A stretch of DNA of 56,415 nt from an uncultured Candidatus Saccharibacteria bacterium. GTDB lineage: Bacteria; Patescibacteriota; Saccharimonadia; Saccharimonadales; Saccharimonadaceae. Below are positions 25,092 to 34,391 of this stretch, one piece after another (the first letter of the stretch is position 1; the number at the start of each line of letters is the position of its first letter). Both the position numbers and the translations under genes were made by a program. The stretch is from positions 1 through 56,415 of the forward strand of contig CAYZJK010000002.1 in the NCBI GenBank assembly GCA_964479125.1, in the 5' to 3' direction. The notes under the pieces were generated by a model that had not been told where the DNA came from, searched no databases, and saw nothing but the letters and a program-made list of their open reading frames with translations.

Positions 25092-27629
25092 ATGAGTAAA
25101 AAGCTGGTGGTGATTGACGGAAAGTCAGTTTTCTATAGAGGGTACTACGCGATGTCCGGCTTAAGTAAGCAGGATGGCACTCCTACAGGGGGAGTCTTCG
25201 GTTTTGCGACGCTGGCGTTAGAGATTGTTAAAAGGCTGGAGCCAGATTACGTCTGTGTGGCTTGGGATAAGAAAGACACCAGTATTCGTAAGCGGCTAAA
25301 AATTCTACCTACCTATAAGGCTGGTAGGAAATCTCCACCGCAGGACTTTTACGATCAGATACCAATTCTACATGAACTACTAGACGCTTTTGGTTGGCCG
25401 TTACTTGAGGTGGATGACTATGAGGCTGATGACATTATGGGTACATTAGCGCTGCAGGCCTCAAAAGAAGGCGTTGAGACTTTATTGGTTTCAAGTGATT
25501 TAGATATGCTTCAGTTGGTGGACCTCAACACTAAGATGTATGCCATGAAAAAAGGCTTTTCTTCAATTGATGAATATAGTCCTGAGGATTTCGAAGAGAA
25601 GGTTGGTATTGAGGTAGAGCAGTTCTTAGACTTAAAGGCACTTATGGGCGACTCTAGCGATAACATACCTGGCGTACCGGGAATTGGGCAAAAGACCGCC
25701 ATCGCACTTTTAAAAGAGTTTAAAACGCTCGATGGTATCTATGAAAATATTAGCTTAGTTAAGCCAGCCTGGGCTAAAAAGCTGATTGAAGGTAAAGAGA
25801 GTGCTTATAAATCTAAGGAAGTCGGTAAGATTTGGTGTGATGCTCCAGTTGAGTTCGATGAAGAGCTAATGGACGTACATCGAATGGATCCGCCTCGGCT
25901 AAGGGAATTACTGCTTGATTTAGAGTTTCATTCACTTGTACGGCGCCTGCCGGCCGTGATGAAGGATGAGGAGTTTAGTAATGGTCTGTTCGTGCGTGAC
26001 AGGGTAGAAGGGTTAAAGGAGCTCCCACTTAGCGAGCTTAGTGGCGACTTTGAAAAGGTAGTGGTCTATTCACACGAAGGACAGTTCTTTATATCACCGG
26101 ATCGACTTAATGTTTATGTCGGCTCAGTTTCCGATATGAGTAATGACTGTAGGGCGTGTTTCTCTACCGCTCTATTAATTGGACACAATCTTAAAGATTT
26201 AATGCATGAGCTAGATAAAAAGGGTGAAGCCCTAACTACTACTAAGGTTCATGACATCTCTCAAGCAGCTTTTCTAATCGATCCTCTGCTGCGGGATAGG
26301 GGAGTAGATGCTCTTGCTGGCATGGAGGTGGATATATCTTCTCCGGGTGAGGTGACGGCTGCTATATGGAATATATTTGATGCTCAGGAGGAGGCTTTTG
26401 AGCATCGACCAAAGATAGCTACTATCGCCCGAGACTTTGATTTCCCGTTAATTCCTCTACTTTTCAAGATGGAAAAGAGGGGTGTGAAAATTGATGTCGA
26501 TAAGTTAGCTAAATTAAGTGAAGAGCTTGGTGAAACTTACCAAAAGATTGAACAAGAAATTTTCCAACTAGTTGGGCATGAATTTAATATTGGTAGTCCA
26601 GCTCAATTATCAAATGTACTGTTTGTTGACCTTGGGTTACCTACTAAGGGCATTAAGAAGGGTAAGACAGCTTATAGTACTGGCCAAAGAGAGCTAGATA
26701 AGCTACGTGGCCTACATCCTATTATCGAGCTGATCGAGCAGGCTCGTGAGGTGTCTAAGATTAAAAGTACTTATGTAGACTCGCTACCTAAGCTGGTTGA
26801 TGGAAATAACCGACTGCACACTACTCTAAATCAGGATGTAACATCAACCGGGCGCTTAAGTAGTACTAATCCTAACCTACAAAACATTCCAATTCGCTCA
26901 GCACTAGGCAAGCGCGTCAGGGAGGCTTTTGTGGCTGATTCTGGTAATGTATTGGTCAGTGCAGACTATAGTCAGTTCGAGTTAAGGCTAGCAGCCATCC
27001 TAGCGGGTGATCAGCAGTTAATTGATGACTTTAACGCTGATATAGATATTCACACTAAGACAGCTAGTGAAGTTTATGGAGTAGATTTTCATTCGGTCAC
27101 AGCTGAGCAGCGTCGACACGCTAAGGTGATTAACTTCGGGGTCCTCTACGGCATGAGTCCGCATGGGCTGAGTGCTGCCACTGGTATGTCTTTTGGGGTA
27201 GCAAAGAAGTTTATCGATGACTATTTCCAACTGAGGGCTCCGATTCGTAAGTTCATCGATGAGACTATTCAAAAGGCGCATGACGAAGGGTATGTAGAAA
27301 CTTACTACGGTCGTCGTAGGCCAACTCCTGATATTAAATCGAGTAACTTTATGGTCAGAGAGGGTGCAAAAAGAGCAGCAGCGAATATGCCTATTCAGGG
27401 TACAGAAGCAGATCTCATGAAACGAGCCATGCTTCAGGTAGAAGAAAAGATTGGTGGATTAGGGGAGCAAATTCTTCAGATTCACGACTCAATCCTAGTA
27501 GAGTGTTCATTAGAGAACCAGGATAAAGTGGCTGAGGTATTGAAAGAAATCATGGAGTCAGTTGCGCCTGAGCTTGATATTAATTTAAGGGTGGATGTTC
27601 ATGCAGGAAGTAACTGGGGAGAGCTCTAA
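25092..27629 (+). CDS. polA: DNA polymerase I
   Basis: 5'-nuclease domain (GDSSDNIPGVPGIGQKTA). Polymerase motifs A (LVSADYSQFELRLAA), B (RRHAKVINFGVLYGMS) and C (LQIHDSILVE). The Exo I DxE motif is absent (VVVYSHEG), so proofreading is probably inactive. Confidence 0.95.
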   Translation: MSKKLVVIDGKSVFYRGYYAMSGLSKQDGTPTGGVFGFATLALEIVKRLEPDYVCVAWDKKDTSIRKRLKILPTYKAGRKSPPQDFYDQIPILHELLDAFGWPLLEVDDYEADDIMGTLALQASKEGVETLLVSSDLDMLQLVDLNTKMYAMKKGFSSIDEYSPEDFEEKVGIEVEQFLDLKALMGDSSDNIPGVPGIGQKTAIALLKEFKTLDGIYENISLVKPAWAKKLIEGKESAYKSKEVGKIWCDAPVEFDEELMDVHRMDPPRLRELLLDLEFHSLVRRLPAVMKDEEFSNGLFVRDRVEGLKELPLSELSGDFEKVVVYSHEGQFFISPDRLNVYVGSVSDMSNDCRACFSTALLIGHNLKDLMHELDKKGEALTTTKVHDISQAAFLIDPLLRDRGVDALAGMEVDISSPGEVTAAIWNIFDAQEEAFEHRPKIATIARDFDFPLIPLLFKMEKRGVKIDVDKLAKLSEELGETYQKIEQEIFQLVGHEFNIGSPAQLSNVLFVDLGLPTKGIKKGKTAYSTGQRELDKLRGLHPIIELIEQAREVSKIKSTYVDSLPKLVDGNNRLHTTLNQDVTSTGRLSSTNPNLQNIPIRSALGKRVREAFVADSGNVLVSADYSQFELRLAAILAGDQQLIDDFNADIDIHTKTASEVYGVDFHSVTAEQRRHAKVINFGVLYGMSPHGLSAATGMSFGVAKKFIDDYFQLRAPIRKFIDETIQKAHDEGYVETYYGRRRPTPDIKSSNFMVREGAKRAAANMPIQGTEADLMKRAMLQVEEKIGGLGEQILQIHDSILVECSLENQDKVAEVLKEIMESVAPELDINLRVDVHAGSNWGEL

Positions 27630-28536
27630 GTTGAGCACGCCGCGTCGTACACTACGGGTCGGCAGGCGAACTGACGACCAGGTTTTTCTATCCGCCTCTA
27701 GAAGGCCTTTATATGATGCTGCCTGGAGTCACATCTCAGCGGCAGCAAGGCAACGGATGCCAGAACATTGGCAGGAGCTTCGAATTGAGAGGTTGTCCTC
27801 TGTCTTGGCGGCGATCAGACATCAGATTGATAAAGCTGAAGGCCAAGAGCTGACCGAACTACTGCTGGCTCTTCTGATAGCTCAATCACCCCAAGCAGCT
27901 AAAGCTCAAGAATTGATGAAGAGGCGGGGTATTAAGTTTAGTAATCGAGAAGATCGCCTGCATGAGCTAATTAGCTTTAATGATACTTTCGTAGACCTAA
28001 TCTTATCATTCAAAGAAATACCAGCTGATATTAAGGATAATATCTATTACGAAATCCACAGGGTCTGTGGAATAACCAGAACCCATCCTTTTAGTTATAA
28101 AGATTATGGGGCTATTTCTAAAGGCTTAGAGCGTGAGATTGCGCTGTATCAGGCAGCTGAGCAAGCTGGCTTTGAGGTTCGGATGACGAGCCGAATTGCG
28201 GACGGCCTGGGTGTCGATATGCAGATTTCTGATAAGGAGACAGGTCTACAGGTTAATGTTGACTGCAAGACTGAATCTTCCTATCGGTTCCGCCTACAGG
28301 CTTTAGTTAGGCAGGGTAGAGTAAGGCAAGATGACTTTATTAGGGCAGATAAAGAAGGCTTTGTTCACTTTACTGTCGGTCGAGGCAAGGAGGCTATTCC
28401 AGTAGTTCTCTTGAGGTTAGACGACCAGACGGTTGGGGGAGTAGAGGACTTTAGGTTTAAGAATGAAGATTCGGTTGGTGCTATAGTTCAAGTGTTAATA
28501 GAAAAATACGGCACTAGGCGAAAGCTTATTCTTTAA
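27595..28536 (+). CDS. Hypothetical protein with a C-terminal PD-(D/E)xK nuclease-fold signature
   Basis: LEREIALYQAAEQAGFEVRMTSRIADGLGVDMQISDKETGLQVNVDCKTES shows the E-helix, the D strand and the D-x-K strand in canonical order. Start is uncertain (ATG 27595/27601 overlapping polA, or TTG 27631 after GGGGAGAG). Confidence 0.65.
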   Translation: MFMQEVTGESSKLSTPRRTLRVGRRTDDQVFLSASRRPLYDAAWSHISAAARQRMPEHWQELRIERLSSVLAAIRHQIDKAEGQELTELLLALLIAQSPQAAKAQELMKRRGIKFSNREDRLHELISFNDTFVDLILSFKEIPADIKDNIYYEIHRVCGITRTHPFSYKDYGAISKGLEREIALYQAAEQAGFEVRMTSRIADGLGVDMQISDKETGLQVNVDCKTESSYRFRLQALVRQGRVRQDDFIRADKEGFVHFTVGRGKEAIPVVLLRLDDQTVGGVEDFRFKNEDSVGAIVQVLIEKYGTRRKLIL

Positions 28537-28548
28537 ACTGGCTACAGA

Positions 28549-28577
28549 TTGACACTAGTGTAATAACGTGGCAAACT
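28549..28577 (+). promoter_or_regulatory. Sigma-70-type promoter TTGACA-17-(TGg)CAAACT, 7 nt before ATG 28585
   Basis: TTGACA at 28549-28554, 17-nt spacer, CAAACT at 28572-28577 preceded by TGG. Confidence 0.45.
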
Positions 28578-28584
28578 ATAGCAT

Positions 28585-29187
28585 ATGAAACCCGGTAGAA
28601 ACTCACAGCTTGTCCCAGTTATTATTATTGTACTTATTGTCGTAGTAAGCGTTGCTGCAATTGTGGCGTTTATTCGTACTATCGCTGGAGGCGGATCGTC
28701 TGAAACCGAAGAGGTTGTTCAGGAGGAAAGAGCTCTACTATCTACCACTGCCGATCGTGGTGTAAGGATGACGGTACGTGGTGAAATCACAGCCGATGAA
28801 ACTCATAGGTCTCACCAGATTGAAATTACACCTAACTCACGCTCTATGACAACTTACAAGGGATATCTTGATCAAATGCACGACTCCGTGCAGCTAAATA
28901 ATAGCGTGGCAGCTTATGAGGAATTCGTACATGCTCTAGCTCGAGCTGGTATGGATGAGGGTGAGCCTTTTACGGGCCCTGAAGACGACACGCGTGGTAT
29001 TTGTGCAACTGGTAAGGTTCTAGAGTTTGAGCTACTTCAAAACGGACAACCAGTTAAAAGGCTATGGACTACAACTTGCTCAAGGATTAACGGGTCATTT
29101 GAAGCAAATCACCAGCTAATTAGCGAAATGTTCATGAAGCAAATTCCACAGAGTCGAGAGCTTATATCTGAAATAAATAAGAGCTAG
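28585..29187 (+). CDS. Membrane-anchored extracytoplasmic hypothetical protein
   Basis: N-terminal TM VPVIIIVLIVVVSVAAIVAFI, then a soluble domain with two Cys. No motif recognised. Confidence 0.7.
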   Translation: MKPGRNSQLVPVIIIVLIVVVSVAAIVAFIRTIAGGGSSETEEVVQEERALLSTTADRGVRMTVRGEITADETHRSHQIEITPNSRSMTTYKGYLDQMHDSVQLNNSVAAYEEFVHALARAGMDEGEPFTGPEDDTRGICATGKVLEFELLQNGQPVKRLWTTTCSRINGSFEANHQLISEMFMKQIPQSRELISEINKS

Positions 29188-29189
29188 TT

Positions 29190-29768
29190 ATGAAACTAGC
29201 TCTGTTTTTAGATTGTTATGGCGTTCTATATGTTCGCCCAATCCAGCTACTAACTGAAACCTATCCAGAATATAGTCAGGAACTTCTTGATTTATATAAA
29301 TCTTTTAGCTACGGTTCAATTTCTGACGGTGAATTTGTCGATGGCGTAGCGGATCTGACCGAGATGACGAATGATAAAGTTATCTCCCTCTTTAGTCAGA
29401 ATCTAGCTCTCAACCAACCGTTAATTAGCGAAATAAAACAGAGTTGGACTGATAAGTTTGATATCTATACGTTTAGCAATACGTCCCAGGACGACTTAAG
29501 TAGGAAGTGTGATACACCTGAACTTAAAGCGCTACCGGTCGTGGCGGCTTATTCGTCTGGTTTAATCGGATACTCTAAGCCGGCAGAGGAGTCGTTTGAG
29601 GCTGCTGCTGCGCTGGCCGGAGTTCAGGGTAGTGATTCGGTGCTAGTAGATGACATGACTAGTAATGTAGAAGGTGCTCGTCTAGTAGGTTGGGGAAGTG
29701 TTCTTTATACTAGTACTAAAGAGGTAATTAAAAACCTAGAGGAGATATACAATGCCAGAGTTGCCTGA
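29190..29768 (+). CDS. HAD superfamily hydrolase
   Basis: Motif I-like LFLDCYGVLY, motif II FSNTS, motif III/IV K...VLVDDMTSNVEGA. Confidence 0.6.
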   Translation: MKLALFLDCYGVLYVRPIQLLTETYPEYSQELLDLYKSFSYGSISDGEFVDGVADLTEMTNDKVISLFSQNLALNQPLISEIKQSWTDKFDIYTFSNTSQDDLSRKCDTPELKALPVVAAYSSGLIGYSKPAEESFEAAAALAGVQGSDSVLVDDMTSNVEGARLVGWGSVLYTSTKEVIKNLEEIYNARVA

Positions 29769-30621
29769 GGTGGAGACAGTACGGAGAGGTTTAAAAGACT
29801 TGATAGTGGGTAAGACCGTTAGCCGAGCCTTAGTTAGAGATTCACCGAAGAGTTTTCCTAATGAAATTAGTGTAGTTGAGTCATTTTTATACAAATCTAA
29901 GATTACTGATGTAAGGCGACGAGCAAAAGTTTTAATAATTGATCTGTCGACAGATTATTCTTTGGTGATACATCTGAAAATGACTGGGCAGTTAGTATTT
30001 GTTGATGCAGAGGATAGATTTGGGGCTGGGCATCCGAATGATTCACTGGTTGGCAAATTACCAGATCGATCAACGCGAGTAGAAATTCATTTTGAAGACG
30101 GTGGCGTGCTTTACTTTAACGACCAACGAAAATTCGGCTGGGTTAGATTACTACCTACAGCTGAAATCGAATTATTACCATTCTTCCAGAAAGTTGGACC
30201 TGAGCCACTAGAGGATGGGTATGCATGGGAGATGTTAAAGGAGAAGCTAGATAGGCGAAAGAAGACTTCAATCAAGGCGGCGCTACTAGATCAATCAGTC
30301 GTGGCCGGGATTGGAAATATTTATGCTGATGAGAGTCTTTGGGGAGCTAAGGTTGATCCACGTCGGCTTGCTGGCTCATTGACGGATGAAGAAATAAAGT
30401 TACTATACGAACAAATTCGTTTCGTAATGAATTTATCAATTGAAAAGGGTGGATCGACTGATCGCAACTATGTTGATGCGAGAGGTAAGAAGGGTTCGTA
30501 TATAGATTTCGCTCGTGTCTTTAGGAAGGAAGGTCAGCCGTGTCAGCGATGCGGCTCACCAATACTGAAGATTAGACACGCTGGGCGAGGAACTCACTAC
30601 TGTGAGGTTTGTCAGGTTTAG
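29752..30621 (+). CDS. mutM: Formamidopyrimidine-DNA glycosylase
   Basis: MPELPEVETVRRGL N-terminus, H2TH region, and C-terminal zinc finger CQRCGSPI...HYCEVCQ. Overlaps the HAD gene by 17 nt. Confidence 0.95.
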   Translation: MPELPEVETVRRGLKDLIVGKTVSRALVRDSPKSFPNEISVVESFLYKSKITDVRRRAKVLIIDLSTDYSLVIHLKMTGQLVFVDAEDRFGAGHPNDSLVGKLPDRSTRVEIHFEDGGVLYFNDQRKFGWVRLLPTAEIELLPFFQKVGPEPLEDGYAWEMLKEKLDRRKKTSIKAALLDQSVVAGIGNIYADESLWGAKVDPRRLAGSLTDEEIKLLYEQIRFVMNLSIEKGGSTDRNYVDARGKKGSYIDFARVFRKEGQPCQRCGSPILKIRHAGRGTHYCEVCQV

Positions 30622-30699
30622 AACCCTGTAATCTAGCGGGCTAATGTATACTAGGGATAAGAAACTTGTCCGTATTTTAACGGGCATAGGGAGGACTGT

Positions 30700-31623
30700 A
30701 TGAAAAAGCGGATTATTCAAATAGGTGTTTATGCGGTACTTCTCTTTGTGGCCTTTGTTTTTATTCGCACATTAATGCGCGACTGGGAGAATGTTAGGGA
30801 GTCTATTCTAAATATTTCTTGGTATGCGTGGTTATCTATACCATTTTTGGTGTCTGCGGTCGTTGTCTCTGGTCTTTTGTGGGGTAGACTGGTGCTTTTA
30901 GCAACTGGATATAAAGTCCCGTTAAAAGACGCCGTACGCGTTCATTCTGCATCATGGATTCTAAAGTATGTACCCGGCCAAGTAGGCTCCTTAGTTAATA
31001 AAGTTGCCTGGGCTGGCAAAGTAGGAATTAGTCGAGCGGCAGCTGCCACTAGTGTAATGTATGAAAATATACTACTAGTATTCGCTAGTGTACTGGTCAG
31101 TATCCCAGTTATATTGATTGCTGATGAAGCTTTCTATGGCAACTCGACAGTCTTAATGGGATTAGCTTTAATCATAGCGATTGTTTTCTTTAGTAATGAT
31201 AAAATTTTATATCGACTTTTAAACTACGCTTTGAAACTAGTTAAGAAAAAACCGATAGATCGAAAGTTTATGATGAAGAGTGGTTCGCTAATGAAGTTTA
31301 CTCTTCTTTATTCAATTCCTCGAATTTTAAACGGCATAGCATTTGTCATCATCTGCAGTGCGATGTTTGATGTTACGTCTGATATGTATTTGCCACTAGC
31401 TGCTACTTTTGTATTCGCTAGTGTGATTGGTCTACTGGCGCTTTTTGTACCGAGTGGTATCGGTGTGAGAGAGGCCGTGATAGTGGTATTATTGAGTATA
31501 TATATTCCAGTTGAGCTGGCGATGGTGGTCGCGTTGGTAGCTCGCTTCTTCGCTACTATGGCAGATCTTGGTGTACTGGGAGTTTATCTGATTTTAAATA
31601 AGGGGAGAGTAATTCAGCAATGA
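30700..31623 (+). CDS. Flippase-like polytopic membrane protein (UPF0104/LPG-synthase-TM family)
   Basis: About 8 TM helices and a conserved-looking VPSGIGVREAV motif. Confidence 0.6.
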   Translation: MKKRIIQIGVYAVLLFVAFVFIRTLMRDWENVRESILNISWYAWLSIPFLVSAVVVSGLLWGRLVLLATGYKVPLKDAVRVHSASWILKYVPGQVGSLVNKVAWAGKVGISRAAAATSVMYENILLVFASVLVSIPVILIADEAFYGNSTVLMGLALIIAIVFFSNDKILYRLLNYALKLVKKKPIDRKFMMKSGSLMKFTLLYSIPRILNGIAFVIICSAMFDVTSDMYLPLAATFVFASVIGLLALFVPSGIGVREAVIVVLLSIYIPVELAMVVALVARFFATMADLGVLGVYLILNKGRVIQQ

Positions 31624-32858
31624 TAAAAAGTTCTTCAGTTAAGAATGTAGTGATAATTGGTTCGGCGTTATCTGGTAATAAGGGTGCCGCAGCTATGCTT
31701 GAGAGCTCTATACATACGCTCTCAGAACGTAATAATAACCTAAAATTCACTCTCCTGAGTATGTATCCAGCTGAAGATAGGCAGCAAAATACCTATAAGA
31801 ATCTAAAGATAATTGACGCACGACCGCTTCAGCTTGGTGTTGGAATTAATTCACTAGCTCTGCTTTACAGAGTTGCTCCTTTCTTAAGAAATACACTGTA
31901 CGGCAAGAGTGAAGCTATCAGGGCCTTAGCTGATGCTGATGTTCTGCTTGATCAGGGTGGTATTACTTTTGTTGATGGAAGAGAGAAGTTTCTTCTCTAT
32001 AATATCGCTAGTATCTTGCCAGCTATCAACATGAAGGTTCCTGTAGTTAAATGTGCTCAGGCTTTGGGGACTTTTAATAATCCAATTAATAAGGCTATGT
32101 CGAAGCTGTTTTTACCCAAGGTAAGGACAATTGTTTCGCGAGGTGACATTACACAAAGTCATTTAGATGATATAGGTCTCGATAACACCATCGAGGGAGC
32201 TGATTATGCATTCTTATTGCCGAACAATAAAGCTGATCATGACGCGGCCCTTGAAAAACACAGCCACTACATTCCAGAGGGAGAAGCGCAGCTCGTTGGA
32301 GTTGCACCTAGTGTAGTGATGAAGAAGAAGGTAGACGCCTCAGGTCTTTCATATGTTGAGGAGATGGTTAAGTTTATTAAGTTTCTCGAGCGTAGGGGGT
32401 ATCGTGTATTAATTGTTCCTCATAGCGTCAGGACTGGAACTGATAAAGCTCATAATAATGACCTGCCGCTTTGTAATGAGATTTATGAGCAAGTTAAGTC
32501 TAAGTCTGTTGGTATGATTGACAAAGAGCTGTCATCTCAAGATTTACGATACCTCATTGGCGAGTGTGACTTATTCCTTGCTTCTCGCTTCCACGCTATG
32601 GTTTCGTCTCTAGCGATGGGTGTTCCAACCTTGGTGCTCGGCTGGAGCCATAAGTATAAAGAAGTCTTAGATATGTTCGGTTTAGAAAAGTGGGCATTTG
32701 GTCATGCGCAGCTAAACGAACGCTACCTACAGAAGCGCTTCGATGAGTTAGTAGCCGAAGCTGATCAGGTTAGGATAGCTATCAATGAAAACCTACCTAA
32801 GGTAAAGAAGCGATCAGAAAAACAGGTTGATGCGATTATGAAGGTGTTGGAGGGATAG
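31620..32858 (+). CDS. Polysaccharide pyruvyl transferase family protein (WcaK/CsaB-like)
   Basis: ADVLLDQGGITFVDGR and SRFHAMVSSLAMGVPTLVLGWSHKY are typical of the PS_pyruv_trans domain. ATGA overlap with the upstream gene. Confidence 0.7.
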   Translation: MIKSSSVKNVVIIGSALSGNKGAAAMLESSIHTLSERNNNLKFTLLSMYPAEDRQQNTYKNLKIIDARPLQLGVGINSLALLYRVAPFLRNTLYGKSEAIRALADADVLLDQGGITFVDGREKFLLYNIASILPAINMKVPVVKCAQALGTFNNPINKAMSKLFLPKVRTIVSRGDITQSHLDDIGLDNTIEGADYAFLLPNNKADHDAALEKHSHYIPEGEAQLVGVAPSVVMKKKVDASGLSYVEEMVKFIKFLERRGYRVLIVPHSVRTGTDKAHNNDLPLCNEIYEQVKSKSVGMIDKELSSQDLRYLIGECDLFLASRFHAMVSSLAMGVPTLVLGWSHKYKEVLDMFGLEKWAFGHAQLNERYLQKRFDELVAEADQVRIAINENLPKVKKRSEKQVDAIMKVLEG

Positions 32859-32861
32859 GTT

Positions 32862-34391
32862 TTGGATTCCAAGTTTGAGAAACTAAAAGCTAATCTAATT
32901 AAAGTAATTGGCTCTAAGTATTTCTTCTGGGGTGTAATAGGATTATTTCTCCTTCAAACCCTTTTCTTAACTGTTGCTATAGATCAGCCTGAATCTTCGA
33001 CAGGTACAACTGAGAATCATCTATTTAGAACTGTTGGTATTGTCCCTGATGGTAACCGGCATATGGCAGCGATATATCATTTCGCTAAGCAGCCGATCGA
33101 AAAAGGTCCGTGGATTCATGATATGACAGCTGACGAGCTGATGATGGGTGATTTGGTCAGGTTTCCAAGTTATTTCTATTATTATTTGCTCAGCTTTCCC
33201 GTCCGTGTAGCATTAGCTTTTAACCTGAGTGATTTAGCTATTATCACTATGGCACGTCTATTTGGCGTCTTATTTGGAGTTTTGATCTTGCTGGTGTTTA
33301 GCAGGATTGTTCGTAGGGTCACTAACAATCGAGTAATTCAAAACTTGACCGTATTGATGCTCGCAATGACGGGTTCATTTGTCTACTTAACTCCGGCTGA
33401 GAATTACGATATTCTATCGCTACTCTTCTGGATGCTGTACATATTGGCATCCATTAGACTAGCTATGGATAAAGACTTTAGTCAGCTTTACTGGATGGTG
33501 GTTTGGTTTAGTCTATTAAGCGTTACTAAATACACCTATATACCATTTATGGTGGTAGCAGCAATACCAGTGATAGGCTACTTACTACATACTAAGAGTC
33601 TGACAAATAAAACTGTCTCAAACGAGACTAAAAAGCTTAAAAAGTATATTTCCTCTAACAAAATTAAAGCTTTCCTATTGGCAGTGCTAATGGTGGTATC
33701 AGTTGGATTGTTTGCTGAGCGGATTGGCGGCAACTTAATTGGATATCAGTCATTTAGTCCTAAATGTGATCGAGTCCATAGTGCTGAGGATTGCATGAGG
33801 TTTGGTGTATATAACCGAAACATTAATCGTTTAGAGAGTGTTGAAAAGGGTGAGACCTGGACAAAAGAATTTAACTTCTTTGAGTATACGAGTATGTGGA
33901 TTAAGCGATATTATGCCACTAACTTCTACTATATGGGGCACTACTGGGTTCATAACCCTCGACCGGCCATGCTCAACGCCGGAGTGGTGGTGTTGATTAT
34001 AGCTGCGGCAATTGCTGTAGGGCTCAGTATAAAGCGACGACTGCCATTCACTAGGAAGGTGGAGTGGTATCTATTGCTGGTTGTGGCGGCGCTTATTGCC
34101 GGCCAGTATGCTCATAATGTTATGATATTCTTCACTTACTCAGGTGAGACATATGGCCATCAAGGACGATATCTACTGCCGGCTATCGGATTTATCTACT
34201 TGCTATTTTTAATGGCGGCCTATAGGTTATATGGCGTGCTAAGTAAAAAAGCTCGCCTTTGGATGTTCTGGGTTGGCGTGATATTAGCCGTTTACTTCAT
34301 TTATACAAATTCAGCATTAGCTAATTTTATCTATCACGCTCAAGAGCCAGTTTGGTATAGCGAGCTTTTTAGAAATTTACTTTTTAAATAG
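32862..34391 (+). CDS. Polytopic membrane protein, putative GT-C-fold glycosyltransferase (ArnT/PMT/YfhO-like)
   Basis: 509 aa with more than 10 TM helices and extracytoplasmic loops. TTG start preceded by GGAGGGA. Genomic context is with a GT2 polyprenyl-phosphate glycosyltransferase. Confidence 0.5.
   Translation: MDSKFEKLKANLIKVIGSKYFFWGVIGLFLLQTLFLTVAIDQPESSTGTTENHLFRTVGIVPDGNRHMAAIYHFAKQPIEKGPWIHDMTADELMMGDLVRFPSYFYYYLLSFPVRVALAFNLSDLAIITMARLFGVLFGVLILLVFSRIVRRVTNNRVIQNLTVLMLAMTGSFVYLTPAENYDILSLLFWMLYILASIRLAMDKDFSQLYWMVVWFSLLSVTKYTYIPFMVVAAIPVIGYLLHTKSLTNKTVSNETKKLKKYISSNKIKAFLLAVLMVVSVGLFAERIGGNLIGYQSFSPKCDRVHSAEDCMRFGVYNRNINRLESVEKGETWTKEFNFFEYTSMWIKRYYATNFYYMGHYWVHNPRPAMLNAGVVVLIIAAAIAVGLSIKRRLPFTRKVEWYLLLVVAALIAGQYAHNVMIFFTYSGETYGHQGRYLLPAIGFIYLLFLMAAYRLYGVLSKKARLWMFWVGVILAVYFIYTNSALANFIYHAQEPVWYSELFRNLLFK

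Noticed and set aside
6961-27629. Inteins or introns in NrdA, DnaG or PolA.
   Set aside because: Catalytic motifs are contiguous and protein lengths are normal (801, 579 and 845 aa). No Hint or endonuclease blocks were seen.
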